A stretch of DNA of 51,652 nt from Abditibacteriaceae bacterium (GCA_031425655.1 JANPJS010000222.1:1-51652), one strand, 5' to 3'. Shown: positions 18,576-28,503, counted from the stretch's first letter. A program made the numbers and translations. The notes: generated from the sequence alone by a model not told the origin.

Positions 18576-19253
18576 ATGCCTCAAGAAATTCCTGAATCTG
18601 CTGTTATTGATGTGCGCTCAATTCCCAAGCCGCAGCGCCATCCGTTGATTTTCGACGCGCTCGAAAAGTTGGCGGTCGGGGAAAGCCTCGTCGTGTTGAA
18701 CGATCACAATCCGATTCCACTGCGCGGGCAGGTCGAAGCCATTTACCACGCGCAGTTTGAGTGGCGCTATCTGGAAGAAGGGCCGGACGAATTTCGCCTT
18801 CAATTCACGCGCCGCGAGCCGGCTCCGCATGGTTTCAAGCGTCCTGAATCGAAGAAAAACCGCTTGAGAATGGCCCCGCCGAGTATTGCGCCAGCTAAGC
18901 CGTCGCCGGTGCGGGTGAATTTATTGGAAGCCTGCCGCGCGGCGCATTCCGGCCCGCAATGGGCGCACGAATGCGACGACCTCGACATGACGCTGCTATC
19001 GTGGGAAAGCGGCAGGCGCATCGAAACGCACGTTAATAACGAAGTGGATGTCGTGTGCCTCGGCGTTGAAGGCAGCGGAATCGTGACCGTTAACGGTGCA
19101 GCCCACGAAGTGCGGCCTGGAGTTCTCCTACTGATTCCCAAAGGCTGCGAACGCGCTGTCGAAAGCACGTCCGAGCGGTTCACTTATCTCAGCGTGCATC
19201 AGCGGCGGCGCGGCCTGATGCCGACTTTCAAGGGTAAACCGCTTACAAATTGA
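18576..19253 (+). CDS. DUF2249 + cupin fusion protein
   Basis: IDVR.IP..RHPLIF, NDHNP.PL, F.W.YLEEGP N-terminal domain; C-terminal H.NNEVDV...G.G.VTVNG cupin. Confidence 0.8.
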   Translation: MPQEIPESAVIDVRSIPKPQRHPLIFDALEKLAVGESLVVLNDHNPIPLRGQVEAIYHAQFEWRYLEEGPDEFRLQFTRREPAPHGFKRPESKKNRLRMAPPSIAPAKPSPVRVNLLEACRAAHSGPQWAHECDDLDMTLLSWESGRRIETHVNNEVDVVCLGVEGSGIVTVNGAAHEVRPGVLLLIPKGCERAVESTSERFTYLSVHQRRRGLMPTFKGKPLTN

Positions 19254-19265
19254 CGAGGAAAGTTT

Positions 19266-19514
19266 ATGACTTACGTTATCGCGGAACCATGCATTGACGT
19301 GAAAGACAAAGCGTGCGTCGAGGTTTGTCCGGTGGATTGCATCCACGAGGCTGAAGACGGCACCTCGCCGCAGCTTTACATCAACCCCAGCGAGTGTATT
19401 GATTGCGGAGCCTGCGAACCGGAATGTCCTGTCGAGGCGATTTTTGAGGAATCAGCCTTGCCCGCTGAATGGAAGCATTACACCCAAATCAACGCTGATT
19501 TTTATGCCGAGTGA
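19266..19514 (+). CDS. 7Fe-type ferredoxin (FdxA/FdxC-like)
   Basis: [25 protein letters not shown] ... [17 protein letters not shown]. Confidence 0.95.
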   Translation: MTYVIAEPCIDVKDKACVEVCPVDCIHEAEDGTSPQLYINPSECIDCGACEPECPVEAIFEESALPAEWKHYTQINADFYAE

Positions 19515-19569
19515 TGTGCTTGCACGCGTCCCATTGGCATGAATGAAAAGCCGTTGTATCCAGCTACAG

Positions 19570-19616
19570 AATCCGCCAAAAAGCGGAGGCGCAGGGAGTA
19601 ACTCGTGTTGGACACT
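19570..19616 (+). promoter_or_regulatory. Variant activator box upstream of the molybdoenzyme operon
   Basis: AATCCGCCAAAAAGCGGAGG (19570-19589), with GACACT (19611-19616) after a 22-nt spacer. Confidence 0.45.
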
Positions 19617-19748
19617 GAGGTGCCAGTGGGGAAAGTTGATCGAGATATGCAGCTTGAGGAGCAACTGACAATCGAAGAGGCGCAACGCTTCAAGTGCCAG
19701 ATGTTAGTTCGCGAAGCCCCGGCGTGATTACGTCCTGGCTTGAAAATT

Positions 19749-20897
19749 ATGAAACCCGAAGTCTTCAGATGCGCGGCATGGGGAGTTTTAACGACATCGC
19801 TGCTCGGCGTGATGATTATCGTCGGATCGCGCAATCTGGCGCACTTCGACGCGGCGCTTATCGCCTATACCTTCGCCTCACTCTTTGCGATGTTTGGCGT
19901 GACTTATCGCTATGCGATGTGGTTGCAGCGCCCGCCGACGGCTTTATATTGGAAGCGCGGCTGGCAGGCGTTTTTTAATGGCAAAAGATTGGTGCGCAAC
20001 AGCGGAAAATTGGCGGTTCGCGTCGCTACCGATTTCGCGGGCAATCGCTTTATTTTCAAGCGTAGCAGTTTGCGCTGGGTAGCGCACTTTTTCATCATGT
20101 GGGGCTGTCTGGTGGCGTTCGCCATCACTTTTCCTCTGGTTTTTGGCTGGATGCACTTCACGACGGAGCCGGGCAATCTCGATTGGTATCGCGCTTATGT
20201 TTTCGGCTTTCCGACCATTGCTTTTCCCGTTCATTCGATCTTCGCGGTTGTGCTGTTTCATGGCTTGGTCTGGTGTAGCTTCGCCGTGATTATTGGTGTG
20301 ATGATGGCCATGCGCCGCCGGATGCGTGAACACGGTGCGGCGGTTTTGCAGCAGTTCACCGAAGATATTTTGCCGCTGGTTTTGCTTTTCGCCATCAGCG
20401 TGACGGGTTTAATGCTGACCGCTTCTTACACCTGGATGCGCGGCTACGCTTTCGACTTCATTGCGATTTTGCACGCCATCACGGTGATTTTTACCTTGCT
20501 TTATATGCCGTTCGGCAAGTTCTTTCACATCTTTCAGCGACCGGCGCAGCTTGGCGCCAGCTTTTATAAAGACGTGGGCGAAGCCGGAGAAAAGGCGCAT
20601 TGCCGGCGTTGCGGCGATGCCTTTTCCAGCGTGATGCACGTTCGGGATTTAATCGAAGTTCAGCGCAAGCTGGGCTACACATACGAAATGGATGGCGAAA
20701 CCGAACATTATCAATGGATTTGCCCACCCTGTCGCCGCGCGATGTTAGGCCTCGCGCAAGGTCTGGCGTGGATTCCCGAACATGGCGATGAAGCCATTCA
20801 TACCGGACTTCCTCACCCGGTTCACCCGATATTCGGCAATCCCGTCGTGACCGAAGGGCCGCTGGGCAGCGAAGACAAAAAGAATTTGCATTTTTGA
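19749..20897 (+). CDS. Multi-pass membrane protein (NarI/cytochrome-b-like anchor?) with C-terminal CxxC...CxxC
   Basis: About 7 hydrophobic segments; RW.AH, ILHAI and [12 protein letters not shown] motifs; CRRC...CPPC tail. Start ATG 19749 or TTG 19740. Confidence 0.75.
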   Translation: MKPEVFRCAAWGVLTTSLLGVMIIVGSRNLAHFDAALIAYTFASLFAMFGVTYRYAMWLQRPPTALYWKRGWQAFFNGKRLVRNSGKLAVRVATDFAGNRFIFKRSSLRWVAHFFIMWGCLVAFAITFPLVFGWMHFTTEPGNLDWYRAYVFGFPTIAFPVHSIFAVVLFHGLVWCSFAVIIGVMMAMRRRMREHGAAVLQQFTEDILPLVLLFAISVTGLMLTASYTWMRGYAFDFIAILHAITVIFTLLYMPFGKFFHIFQRPAQLGASFYKDVGEAGEKAHCRRCGDAFSSVMHVRDLIEVQRKLGYTYEMDGETEHYQWICPPCRRAMLGLAQGLAWIPEHGDEAIHTGLPHPVHPIFGNPVVTEGPLGSEDKKNLHF

Positions 20898-20904
20898 AGA
20901 TTTA

Positions 20905-21012
20905 ATTCACCACAGAGGACGCGGAGAGCGCAGAGATTTTTGAGGAAAGAAGAGAAAGTTTGGGCCATTTCTCCAATTCCTCTCTGCGTCCTTCGCGTCC
21001 TCTGCGGTGAAT
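20905..21012. repeat. Palindromic intergenic repeat, copy 1 (caccRcagaggacgcggag family)
   Basis: attcaccacagaggacgcggagagcgcagag...ctctgcgtccttcgcgtcctctgcggtgaat. Confidence 0.85.
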
Positions 21013-21024
21013 AAAGGTTGTTTT

Positions 21025-23271
21025 ATGGCGAAGATTCTTGGCGGCGAAGTAGACATCATCGAGCAGTTCGGGCCGCATTTGGCACGGGCGTCGGGCACAC
21101 GCCTGGACAACGGCGCGCAGCCGGATAAGCTGGTGAAAACGCATTGCTGCTTTTGCGGGCAGCAGTGCGGCATTCAACTCAAAGTCAAGGACAACGAAGT
21201 CATCGGCTTCGAGCCGTGGACGGATTTTCCTTTCAACAAAGGGATGCTGTGCCCTAAAGGCGTCAAACGCTATATGCAGAACGGCCATCCCGACCGCCTG
21301 CTCACAGCCTTTAAGCGCGATCCGAATAGCAAAAGCGGCTTTTCGCCAATGCGCTACGAAGAAGCGATTCGGCGCGTGGCTGATGAAATCGAACGCATTC
21401 AACGCGAACACGGGCCGGATGCTTTTGCCATTCTTTCGGGCGCGAGCTTGACGACGGAAAAGTGCTATTTGATGGGCAAATTCGCGCGAATGTGCCTCAA
21501 AACCGCCAACATTGATTACAACGGGCGGCTTTGCATGGTCAGCGCCGGTGCGGGCAACAAGAAAGCCTTTGGCATTGATCGTTCGGGCAATCCGTGGGCG
21601 GATATGGCGAATACCGAAGTGATCTGGATCAGCGGCTCCAATGTCGCCGAGTGTTCGCCAATTACCACCAATTACGTGTGGCAAGCACGCGAACAAGGCG
21701 CCAAAGTCATCGTGGTTGACCCGCGATTGACGCCGATTGCGCGCACCTGCGACCTGTTTCTGCCGGTTAAGCCGGGCCGCGACATCGCGCTTTTCAACGG
21801 CATTTTGCACTTGATGATCGAAAACGACTGGCTTGACCACGATTTCATTGACAACTACACCGTTGGTTTTGAAGATGTGGCGGCTCACGTCGCACAGTGG
21901 ACGCCTCGCCGCACGGCGGAAGTAACGGGCATTGCCGAGCGCGCGATTCGCCAGGCGGCGGAAATGTGGGGCACGGCCAAAAGCAGCTTTTTGTTGCACG
22001 CGCGCGGCATGGAGCATCATACGCACGGCGTTCAAAACGTGCTGGGTTCGATCAACATGGTGCTGGCCAGCGGACGCATCGGCAAGCCCGGTTCGGGATA
22101 CGGCACCATCGTTGGCCAGGCCAATGGGCAAGGCGGGCGCGAACACGGCCAAAAATGCGATCAGCTTCCCGGCTGGCGTGACATTTCAAATCCTGAACAT
22201 CGTGCCTATATTGCCGGCGTCTGGGGCATGGATGAAAAAGAAATGCCGCAGGCCGGTGTGGACGCTTACGAAATCTTCCGCAAGGTAGATAAAGGCGAGA
22301 TTCGCGGCCTCCTTTCCATTTGCTTCAACCCCAAAGTCTCACTGCCGGACAATCATTTCATCACGCGGATGTTAGACAAGCTGGAGTTCTATGTCGCCAT
22401 TGATTTTTTCATGAACGACAGCGCCCATCACGCCGATATTGTTCTCCCTGGCTCATTGCAAGAAGAAGACGAAGGCACTGTTACCCAGGTCGAAGGCCGC
22501 GTCATCAAGATCAACAAAGCGGTGGACAGCCCCGGCGATGCGCGTCAGGACTGGAAGATTATTCAAGACATCGCCAAAGCACTGGGGCGCGAAAAGGGTT
22601 TTACCTTCGGCAAACCCGAAGAGATCTGGAACGAACTGCGCATCGCTTCCAAAGGCGGCGTGGCCGATTATTCGGGCATTTCCTACGAGAAAATCGAAGC
22701 GCAGCAGGGCGTTTTCTGGCCTTGTCCCTCTGACGACCATCCCGGCACGCCGCGACTTTTCGAGCGCGGCTCATGGAACCCAGTCGCTAAAGGCAATGGC
22801 CCGTTTTACTTTCCCGATGGCCGTGCGCGTTTCAACGTTGGCACGTATTCGCCACCCGCCGAAGATGTGGATGAAGAATATCCAATTATTCTGACCACAG
22901 GCCGCGTGGTTTCGCATTTTTTGTCGGGCACGCAAACTCGGCGCATCGGGCCTTTAGTTGACCAGTATCCCGAACCCCGCATCGAGATCCATCCGCGCCT
23001 GGCCGAAAAACTGGGCATTGCGGACAACGAGTGGACGACGGTGCAATCGCGACGCGGCGAAGTAACCTTTCGCGCGATGGTGGTGCGCACCATTCGCCCC
23101 GACACCGTTTTCGTGCCGTATCACTGGGCCGGCAAGAAAAGCATCAATCAACTGACCATTGCCGCCCAAGACCCGATTTCCAAAATTCCCGAATACAAAG
23201 TCTGCGCCGTGCGCGTTTTCAAAGCCGCCGGCCCCCCGGATTACGTCGGCAAGTTGGAGCCGCAACAATAA
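21025..23271 (+). CDS. Molybdopterin oxidoreductase catalytic subunit, Nas/Nap-like nitrate-reductase clade
   Basis: [10 protein letters not shown]...LCPKG [4Fe-4S] motif; NGRLCMVSA Mo-ligand Cys; [28 protein letters not shown]; no Tat signal. Start moved out of the repeat to ATG 21025. Confidence 0.88.
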   Translation: MAKILGGEVDIIEQFGPHLARASGTRLDNGAQPDKLVKTHCCFCGQQCGIQLKVKDNEVIGFEPWTDFPFNKGMLCPKGVKRYMQNGHPDRLLTAFKRDPNSKSGFSPMRYEEAIRRVADEIERIQREHGPDAFAILSGASLTTEKCYLMGKFARMCLKTANIDYNGRLCMVSAGAGNKKAFGIDRSGNPWADMANTEVIWISGSNVAECSPITTNYVWQAREQGAKVIVVDPRLTPIARTCDLFLPVKPGRDIALFNGILHLMIENDWLDHDFIDNYTVGFEDVAAHVAQWTPRRTAEVTGIAERAIRQAAEMWGTAKSSFLLHARGMEHHTHGVQNVLGSINMVLASGRIGKPGSGYGTIVGQANGQGGREHGQKCDQLPGWRDISNPEHRAYIAGVWGMDEKEMPQAGVDAYEIFRKVDKGEIRGLLSICFNPKVSLPDNHFITRMLDKLEFYVAIDFFMNDSAHHADIVLPGSLQEEDEGTVTQVEGRVIKINKAVDSPGDARQDWKIIQDIAKALGREKGFTFGKPEEIWNELRIASKGGVADYSGISYEKIEAQQGVFWPCPSDDHPGTPRLFERGSWNPVAKGNGPFYFPDGRARFNVGTYSPPAEDVDEEYPIILTTGRVVSHFLSGTQTRRIGPLVDQYPEPRIEIHPRLAEKLGIADNEWTTVQSRRGEVTFRAMVVRTIRPDTVFVPYHWAGKKSINQLTIAAQDPISKIPEYKVCAVRVFKAAGPPDYVGKLEPQQ

Positions 23272-23275
23272 GGAG

Positions 23276-23412
23276 TTCACCGCAGAGGACGCGGAGGACG
23301 CAGAGAAAAGAAGAAGATGATGATTGAGTGCTGAGTCACGTTTGCATTCATAGGCACTCCACTTCTCAACTTTCTTTGTCCTCTCTGCGTCCTCCGCGTC
23401 CTCTGCGGTGAA
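23276..23412. repeat. Palindromic intergenic repeat, copy 2
   Basis: ttcaccgcagaggacgcggaggacgcagaga...tctctgcgtcctccgcgtcctctgcggtgaa. Confidence 0.85.
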
Positions 23413-23421
23413 TAAAAAGCT

Positions 23422-24045
23422 ATGGCTGTTCCCGAACGACTTGAATTTTTCATTGATCCCAGCCGCTGCATCGGCTGCCAGGCGTGTGTGCAGGCGTGCA
23501 GCGAATGCGACACGCACAAAGGACATTCGATGATTCATCTTGAATATGTCAACCGCGCTTATTCGACGCAAACCGTGCCTGTGGTTTGTATGCACTGCGA
23601 TTCGCCAACCTGCGCCGAGGTTTGTCCCGCCGATGCCATCAAGAAAAGTGGCGACGGCATCGTGCAAACCGCGCGCAAGCCGCGCTGCATCGCGTGCAAC
23701 AACTGCGTGCTGGCGTGTCCGTTCGGCGTGCCCAAAATGAATACCGAAGCCGAGTTAATGATGAAGTGCGATATGTGCTACGACCGCACCAGCGAAGGCA
23801 AAAAGCCGATGTGTGCGACCGTTTGCCCCAGTCAGGCTTTATTTTTTGGCACTCGCGAAGAAATCGAGGCACTGCGCCCACGCTCGGCTCCGACCAATCA
23901 ATTCCAGTTTGGCGGACAGGTCATTTCCACCAAAGTCAGCATGATGGTGCCGCGCACACATCAAGCGCAATATGTGGACGTGACGGCGGCAATGAACGAG
24001 GAAACCAGCGGCAAAAGCATTTTGCTGAATATGTTTGAAGAGTAA
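23422..24045 (+). CDS. Four-cluster 4Fe-4S protein (DmsB/NrfC-like)
   Basis: [33 protein letters not shown] and KCDMC...PMC..VCP motifs. Confidence 0.92.
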   Translation: MAVPERLEFFIDPSRCIGCQACVQACSECDTHKGHSMIHLEYVNRAYSTQTVPVVCMHCDSPTCAEVCPADAIKKSGDGIVQTARKPRCIACNNCVLACPFGVPKMNTEAELMMKCDMCYDRTSEGKKPMCATVCPSQALFFGTREEIEALRPRSAPTNQFQFGGQVISTKVSMMVPRTHQAQYVDVTAAMNEETSGKSILLNMFEE

Positions 24046-24178
24046 TTCACCGCAGAGGACGCGGAGAACGCGGAGACAAAGAACGGAGATATGGGACTTG
24101 AAGGCGAGCTAAGGTTCCAACCCCTAAATCTCAGTTCTCAATCTCCTCTCCGCGTTCTCCGCGTCCTCTGCGGTGAAT
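24045..24178. repeat. Palindromic intergenic repeat, copy 3
   Basis: attcaccgcagaggacgcggagaacgcggaga...tctccgcgttctccgcgtcctctgcggtgaat. Confidence 0.85.
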
Positions 24179-24190
24179 AAAAGGAGCGTT

Positions 24191-24739
24191 ATGGTTGACC
24201 AAGATCGCGATTACAATTCGACTCCGCCCGACGCGCGTCCGCTTGTGGCGCAGCCGCAGTGGCGGCAGGATTTCCCGATTGATGTGCCGCAGGACAATTA
24301 CATCTCACGGCGCGAATTCACCAAATTCTTGGTGCTGACCAGCGCGGCTTTTACCTTCGGGCAGTTTTGGATTGCATGGGAAAACTGGCGGCGAGCGCAG
24401 CGCGGCGAAATGCCGATGCAGCAGATTGCTATGCTGTCGCAAATCCCTGTCGGCACGTCAATCGTGTTTCATTATCCGAATGAAGATGAGCCGTGTCTGC
24501 TGATACGCCCTGATGAAAAAACGCTGTTGGCCTATTCACAGAAATGCACACATTTGTCGTGCGCGGTCATTCCCGAACTGGAAAAGAAGCGCATTGCCTG
24601 CCCGTGCCATCACGGTTATTTCAGCCTTGATGATGGCCGAGTTCTCGCCGGGCCGCCGCAACGCCCCCTGCCGCGTATCAAGCTGGAAGTGCGTGGCGAT
24701 GCTATCTACGCGAGTGGGGTAGAGTTACGCACCGCATAA
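24191..24739 (+). CDS. Rieske 2Fe-2S protein with Tat-like membrane anchor
   Basis: SRREFTK followed by a hydrophobic helix; CTHLSC and CPCHHG boxes; GPP.RPL; ATG 24191 with RBS aaggag. Confidence 0.92.
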   Translation: MVDQDRDYNSTPPDARPLVAQPQWRQDFPIDVPQDNYISRREFTKFLVLTSAAFTFGQFWIAWENWRRAQRGEMPMQQIAMLSQIPVGTSIVFHYPNEDEPCLLIRPDEKTLLAYSQKCTHLSCAVIPELEKKRIACPCHHGYFSLDDGRVLAGPPQRPLPRIKLEVRGDAIYASGVELRTA

Positions 24740-24764
24740 CGGAGATCGTAATAACGGAGATCGT

Positions 24765-25037
24765 ATGAAAAAGTATTTCACGCGCGCCCAGAAGACGACG
24801 ATTGTGCAGGGCATTCAAAGCATTGTTCTCATCATTGACGTGATTCAGTTGTGGCTGCTGACGGCGACGATGAACTCCTATTTGGGCGGAGATAGCGGTG
24901 TCCCGGTGCCCGCTGCCGTTTTCAGTTTGATTTGCTTGGCGCTCAATCTCGGCTTATTGAAGTTTCTCTATGGCCTCGACCGCACGCCGCGCGACGTAAA
25001 CGATAGCAGCGCACCCTATCGGGGAGTCGGATCATGA
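24765..25037 (+). CDS. Small two-helix membrane protein
   Basis: 90 aa, [10 protein letters not shown] motif, two hydrophobic segments, RBS ggag, ATGA coupling to the MFS gene. Confidence 0.75.
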   Translation: MKKYFTRAQKTTIVQGIQSIVLIIDVIQLWLLTATMNSYLGGDSGVPVPAAVFSLICLALNLGLLKFLYGLDRTPRDVNDSSAPYRGVGS

Positions 25038-26239
25038 ACGCACAAGCCATGCCTTACCCAGCGGCTACAGCTTCTCCGCAGACTGCCGCGCCCGCCGGCA
25101 ACCCGCTTCAACTGCTGCTGGCGACCGGCGGATTCGCTGTTTGCTTTGCGATTTTCGGCTCAGTCTCGGCGATGATGCCGATTCTCAAAAAGCAGATGAA
25201 TTTGTCGCCGATGCAAGTCAGCATCGCCCTTGCACTACCGGTTATTCTGGGCAGTCTGGGCCGCATTCCATTGGGCATGCTCACTGACCGTTTCGGCGCA
25301 CGCATAATGTTCGCGCTTGTCATGGCTGGTTCGATTGTGCCCGTTGTGGCGATGAAATGGGTGCATAATTATTCGCAGCTTTTGGTGGCGGCGTTTTTCT
25401 GCGGACTGGCTTTGGCGAGCTTTTCGGTGGGGACAGGCTTTGTTTCGCGCTGGTATCCGGCGCAAAGGCAAGGCTTTGCATTGGGCATATACGGCGCGGG
25501 CAATATAGGGCAATCCTTCGCTTCGTTTGGCGCGCCCGTGGTCGTAGGTGCCTTCGGCTTCATCTGGGGCTTTTGGGCGTTTGCGGTTTTGACTGGCATC
25601 TGGCTGGCTTTGTGGCTGCTGCTGGCGCGCAATCCACCGGGGCACATTCCGCCAAAATCTTGGCAGGAAGTCGTCGCGCCATTGCAGAATCGCATGAGTT
25701 GGGTTCTCAGTCTTTATTACTTTCTGACCTTCGGTGGTTTCGTGGCTATGGCGGTTTACCTGCCGACGCTGCTCACCGATTTATTCGGTCTGGCGCCCGA
25801 AGACGCCGGACTTCGCACAGCGGGGTTTGTCCTCGTGGCGACGATTATGCGACCGATTGGCGGCATCTTAGCCGACCGCATCGGCGGGCGCGCGATATTG
25901 CTGCGCGTCTTTCCAGCCGTCGCGCTGATGGCGCTGCTTTTGGTCGTGCCCAACATGGTGACGTTCACGTTAGGCGCGCTGGGCATGGCGGCGGCGATTG
26001 GATTGGGCAACGGCGCCGTCTTTAAACTGGCGCCGGAATACTTTCCCAAAGAAGTGGGTGCCGTGACGGGATTGATTGGCGCAGCGGGCGGTTTGGGCGG
26101 CTTTTTTCCGCCGCTTTTACTTGGATTAATGAAACAAAGTGTCGGCCATTACGGGCCGGGTTTTGTTGCGCTGTCGCTTTTCGCTGTTGGATGCTGGGCC
26201 GTTTGCCGAGCGGTGAAACCGGCACCAACAGGTTCCTGA
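25034..26239 (+). CDS. NarK/NasA-type nitrate/nitrite MFS transporter
   Basis: [45 protein letters not shown] and GGLGGFFPP (nitrate signature) motifs. Confidence 0.9.
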   Translation: MNAQAMPYPAATASPQTAAPAGNPLQLLLATGGFAVCFAIFGSVSAMMPILKKQMNLSPMQVSIALALPVILGSLGRIPLGMLTDRFGARIMFALVMAGSIVPVVAMKWVHNYSQLLVAAFFCGLALASFSVGTGFVSRWYPAQRQGFALGIYGAGNIGQSFASFGAPVVVGAFGFIWGFWAFAVLTGIWLALWLLLARNPPGHIPPKSWQEVVAPLQNRMSWVLSLYYFLTFGGFVAMAVYLPTLLTDLFGLAPEDAGLRTAGFVLVATIMRPIGGILADRIGGRAILLRVFPAVALMALLLVVPNMVTFTLGALGMAAAIGLGNGAVFKLAPEYFPKEVGAVTGLIGAAGGLGGFFPPLLLGLMKQSVGHYGPGFVALSLFAVGCWAVCRAVKPAPTGS

Positions 26240-26302
26240 AGGAGATAATAGGCCTCTTGCAACGGTCTGATTAACTTCGATGAATGCGATTTATTCACCT
26301 TA

Positions 26303-26499
26303 CGCAGTGGAGTGTGATAGGCAGGTCACCCAACAAGGTGATGAGTCATTCTGAGCTTGCGAAGAATCTCTGCGTAAGAGGCTCCACACGGAGCATGAGC
26401 AAAAACAACGCAAAGGCCGAGATTCTTCCGGGTGCCCTCTGGGCAGGACTCAGAATGACAGCGCTTCGTGAATTTGCCTGCCTAACACACTCCACTGCG
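26303..26499. mobile_element. MITE with nested REP-like palindrome and 19-bp insert
   Basis: TIR cgcagtggagtgtg(a/t)taggcagg, TA flanks; inner gtcattctgag...ctcagaatgac (26345-26459); insert at 26429-26447. Confidence 0.8.
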
Positions 26500-26769
26500 T
26501 AAGGCGAGTGATTTATCGAAGTGAACGATTATGGCGAGCCGCAGTTTTTGCGTGCGACCAGAGTCAAGCGCGCCGATTTTGAACTGATGATTGAAGTGGT
26601 AGCGCAAGAGCAGCCTCATCATACGGGCAAGGCTAAGTCTGTATGCAAATACAGTTATTGCAGGCTGGCAGGCCGGGAAATGAGGTTAAAACGCGCTTTA
26701 GGAGGCCATTTTAGGCGCTCATTTCTGGAATGCGCGCGAGGGCTATCTTTCTGCCTCCTGCCTCCTGCC

Positions 26770-28503
26770 TCACTCTTCTGCGTCTTCCTGCATGGAAGCG
26801 TGAGATTGGAGCGGCATGGTGAAGGTGAATTTCGAGCCTTGCCCGACTGTGCTTTCGGCCCAAACGCGGCCTTCGTGACATTCGACCAAGTGTTTCACTA
26901 AGAACAAGCCGATGCCGGTGCCGCCGGCTTGACGGGTGTCGCGGTTGTCTACGCGCTCGAATTTCTCGAAAACCTTGTTCAATTTTCCGGGCGGAATGCC
27001 CATGCCCTGATCGCTGATACTGACCGTCAAAGTCTCGTCGTCGCTACTAATATCTACGATGACAGCGCCGCCCGAAGGCGAGTATTTGATGGCATTGGAG
27101 ACCAGATTAGTCAAAATTTGATCGAATTTGTCGCTGTCGCCGGTAAGCGGCGGAATGTCACCGTGCGTATTGAATTGCAAATTGTGGTTGTCGCTGGCGT
27201 AAGCGCGCTGCACTTGCAAGGATTTCTGAATGATGTCCAGCGGATTGAAAGTGCTCCAATTCATTTGCAGTGCGCGGCCCGATTCGATGCGCGATACGTT
27301 TAACAAATCTTCGATTAATCTCTGCAAACGGTCGCATTCGCTGTCAATGATTCCATAGAATTCCAGCCGGTCGCTTTGATCGAAATAGCCTTCGGTATCT
27401 TGCAGCAGCGTAGAAATAAAGCCTTTGATAGAAGTCAGAGGCGTGCGCAATTCGTGCGAAACCGTGGAAACGAACGCGGTTTTCATGCGCTCGACGTTGC
27501 GAATCGCGGTAATATCGTTGAAAACCACGGCCACGCCCATCAATACGTTGGCGCCTTGATGCTCGCCGCGCACGAACGCGGTTTGCGCTTGGAAAATGCG
27601 CGGCTCGCCGTCGTGATTTTCGCCGTCCGGCAGCAGGACTTCGATTTCGCGGTGCGATTCGTGGCGCTGGTGGAAAACCTCGTCCAACATTTCCAGAATC
27701 GCTTCGTTGGTGATGATTTCGCTGTAATGGCGATGCAAAGGCAGGTCATCGCCCATGCCGAAAATCTGCGCCGCCGCCGGGTTGATTAAAGAAACATGGC
27801 CGGTTGGTTCCAGCATCACGACGCCGGCCAAGAGGCTTTGCAGCGTGGCTTGAAGCTGTTCTTTTTCTTCGGCCAGGCGCAAATACATCTGCGCGTTGGT
27901 GATAGCCGCCGTCACCTGGCGTGCCATCGTATTCAGCAGCAGCAAATCTTCGTGCGAAAACTGATCGTTGCCGCGCTTGTTGATAATCAGCAACACGCCG
28001 ACCGTGACGTGCGCGATGACGCGCTCTTGCTCGTCGCGCCGTTCCATCACTAAGGGTTGCACGATGAGGTTGCGCACGTTCAAGCGCGTCATCCAGGCGC
28101 TGTCGGTTTCTCCGACATTCTGGAAATCCTTTGGCCCTTCGATGACCGTGGCCATCCCGCTGCGATAGGCTTCACCGATCAGGCCGGAATTGGCGGGCAG
28201 ACGCAGCATACGGATTTGATCGGGCGCCAGGCCAAGCGACGGGGCGCGGGCGACTAATTGGTTTTCTTCGCCGTCGTGCAGCAAAAACGCGCATTTTTCG
28301 GCTTGCAACATCATGGCGACGCGACGCACCAGACGCTGCAGCGTTTGTTCCAATTCGGTCGCCGAAGGCATCGAAACCGAGTTGCCTTCATTGTCCGTCA
28401 GCGTTGCACCCTGCGCCGGAGCGACCGCAGGCGGCGTGGACGGATGTGCCTGAATTTGGCTGGCCTCAGGTGTGGGAGCAGGGAGGGAAGGTGAAGAATT
28501 CAC
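26770..28503 (-). CDS. Cytoplasmic GAF-PAS sensor histidine kinase (WalK/PhoR-like transmitter)
   Basis: VSHELRTPLTSIKG, NLVSNAIKYS, DQGMGI, FERVD and GGTGIGL motifs; start uncertain. Confidence 0.9.
   Translation of the reverse strand: MNSSPSLPAPTPEASQIQAHPSTPPAVAPAQGATLTDNEGNSVSMPSATELEQTLQRLVRRVAMMLQAEKCAFLLHDGEENQLVARAPSLGLAPDQIRMLRLPANSGLIGEAYRSGMATVIEGPKDFQNVGETDSAWMTRLNVRNLIVQPLVMERRDEQERVIAHVTVGVLLIINKRGNDQFSHEDLLLLNTMARQVTAAITNAQMYLRLAEEKEQLQATLQSLLAGVVMLEPTGHVSLINPAAAQIFGMGDDLPLHRHYSEIITNEAILEMLDEVFHQRHESHREIEVLLPDGENHDGEPRIFQAQTAFVRGEHQGANVLMGVAVVFNDITAIRNVERMKTAFVSTVSHELRTPLTSIKGFISTLLQDTEGYFDQSDRLEFYGIIDSECDRLQRLIEDLLNVSRIESGRALQMNWSTFNPLDIIQKSLQVQRAYASDNHNLQFNTHGDIPPLTGDSDKFDQILTNLVSNAIKYSPSGGAVIVDISSDDETLTVSISDQGMGIPPGKLNKVFEKFERVDNRDTRQAGGTGIGLFLVKHLVECHEGRVWAESTVGQGSKFTFTMPLQSHASMQEDAEE

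Noticed and set aside
19605..19748. Short ORF in frame with the membrane subunit, separated by a TGA at 19725 (read-through or selenocysteine?)
   Set aside because: No recognisable motif or SECIS-like hairpin, and it overlaps the putative promoter; likely chance.
20905..24178. CRISPR-like repeats with unique inner spacers
   Set aside because: Arms are inverted, copies are separated by whole genes, and there are no cas genes.
21025..24739. Arsenite oxidase AioAB, formate dehydrogenase or respiratory NarGH
   Set aside because: The catalytic subunit has a four-Cys cluster motif and RLCM (not the FDH RxCH/U motif), is far shorter than NarG, and sits with NarK.
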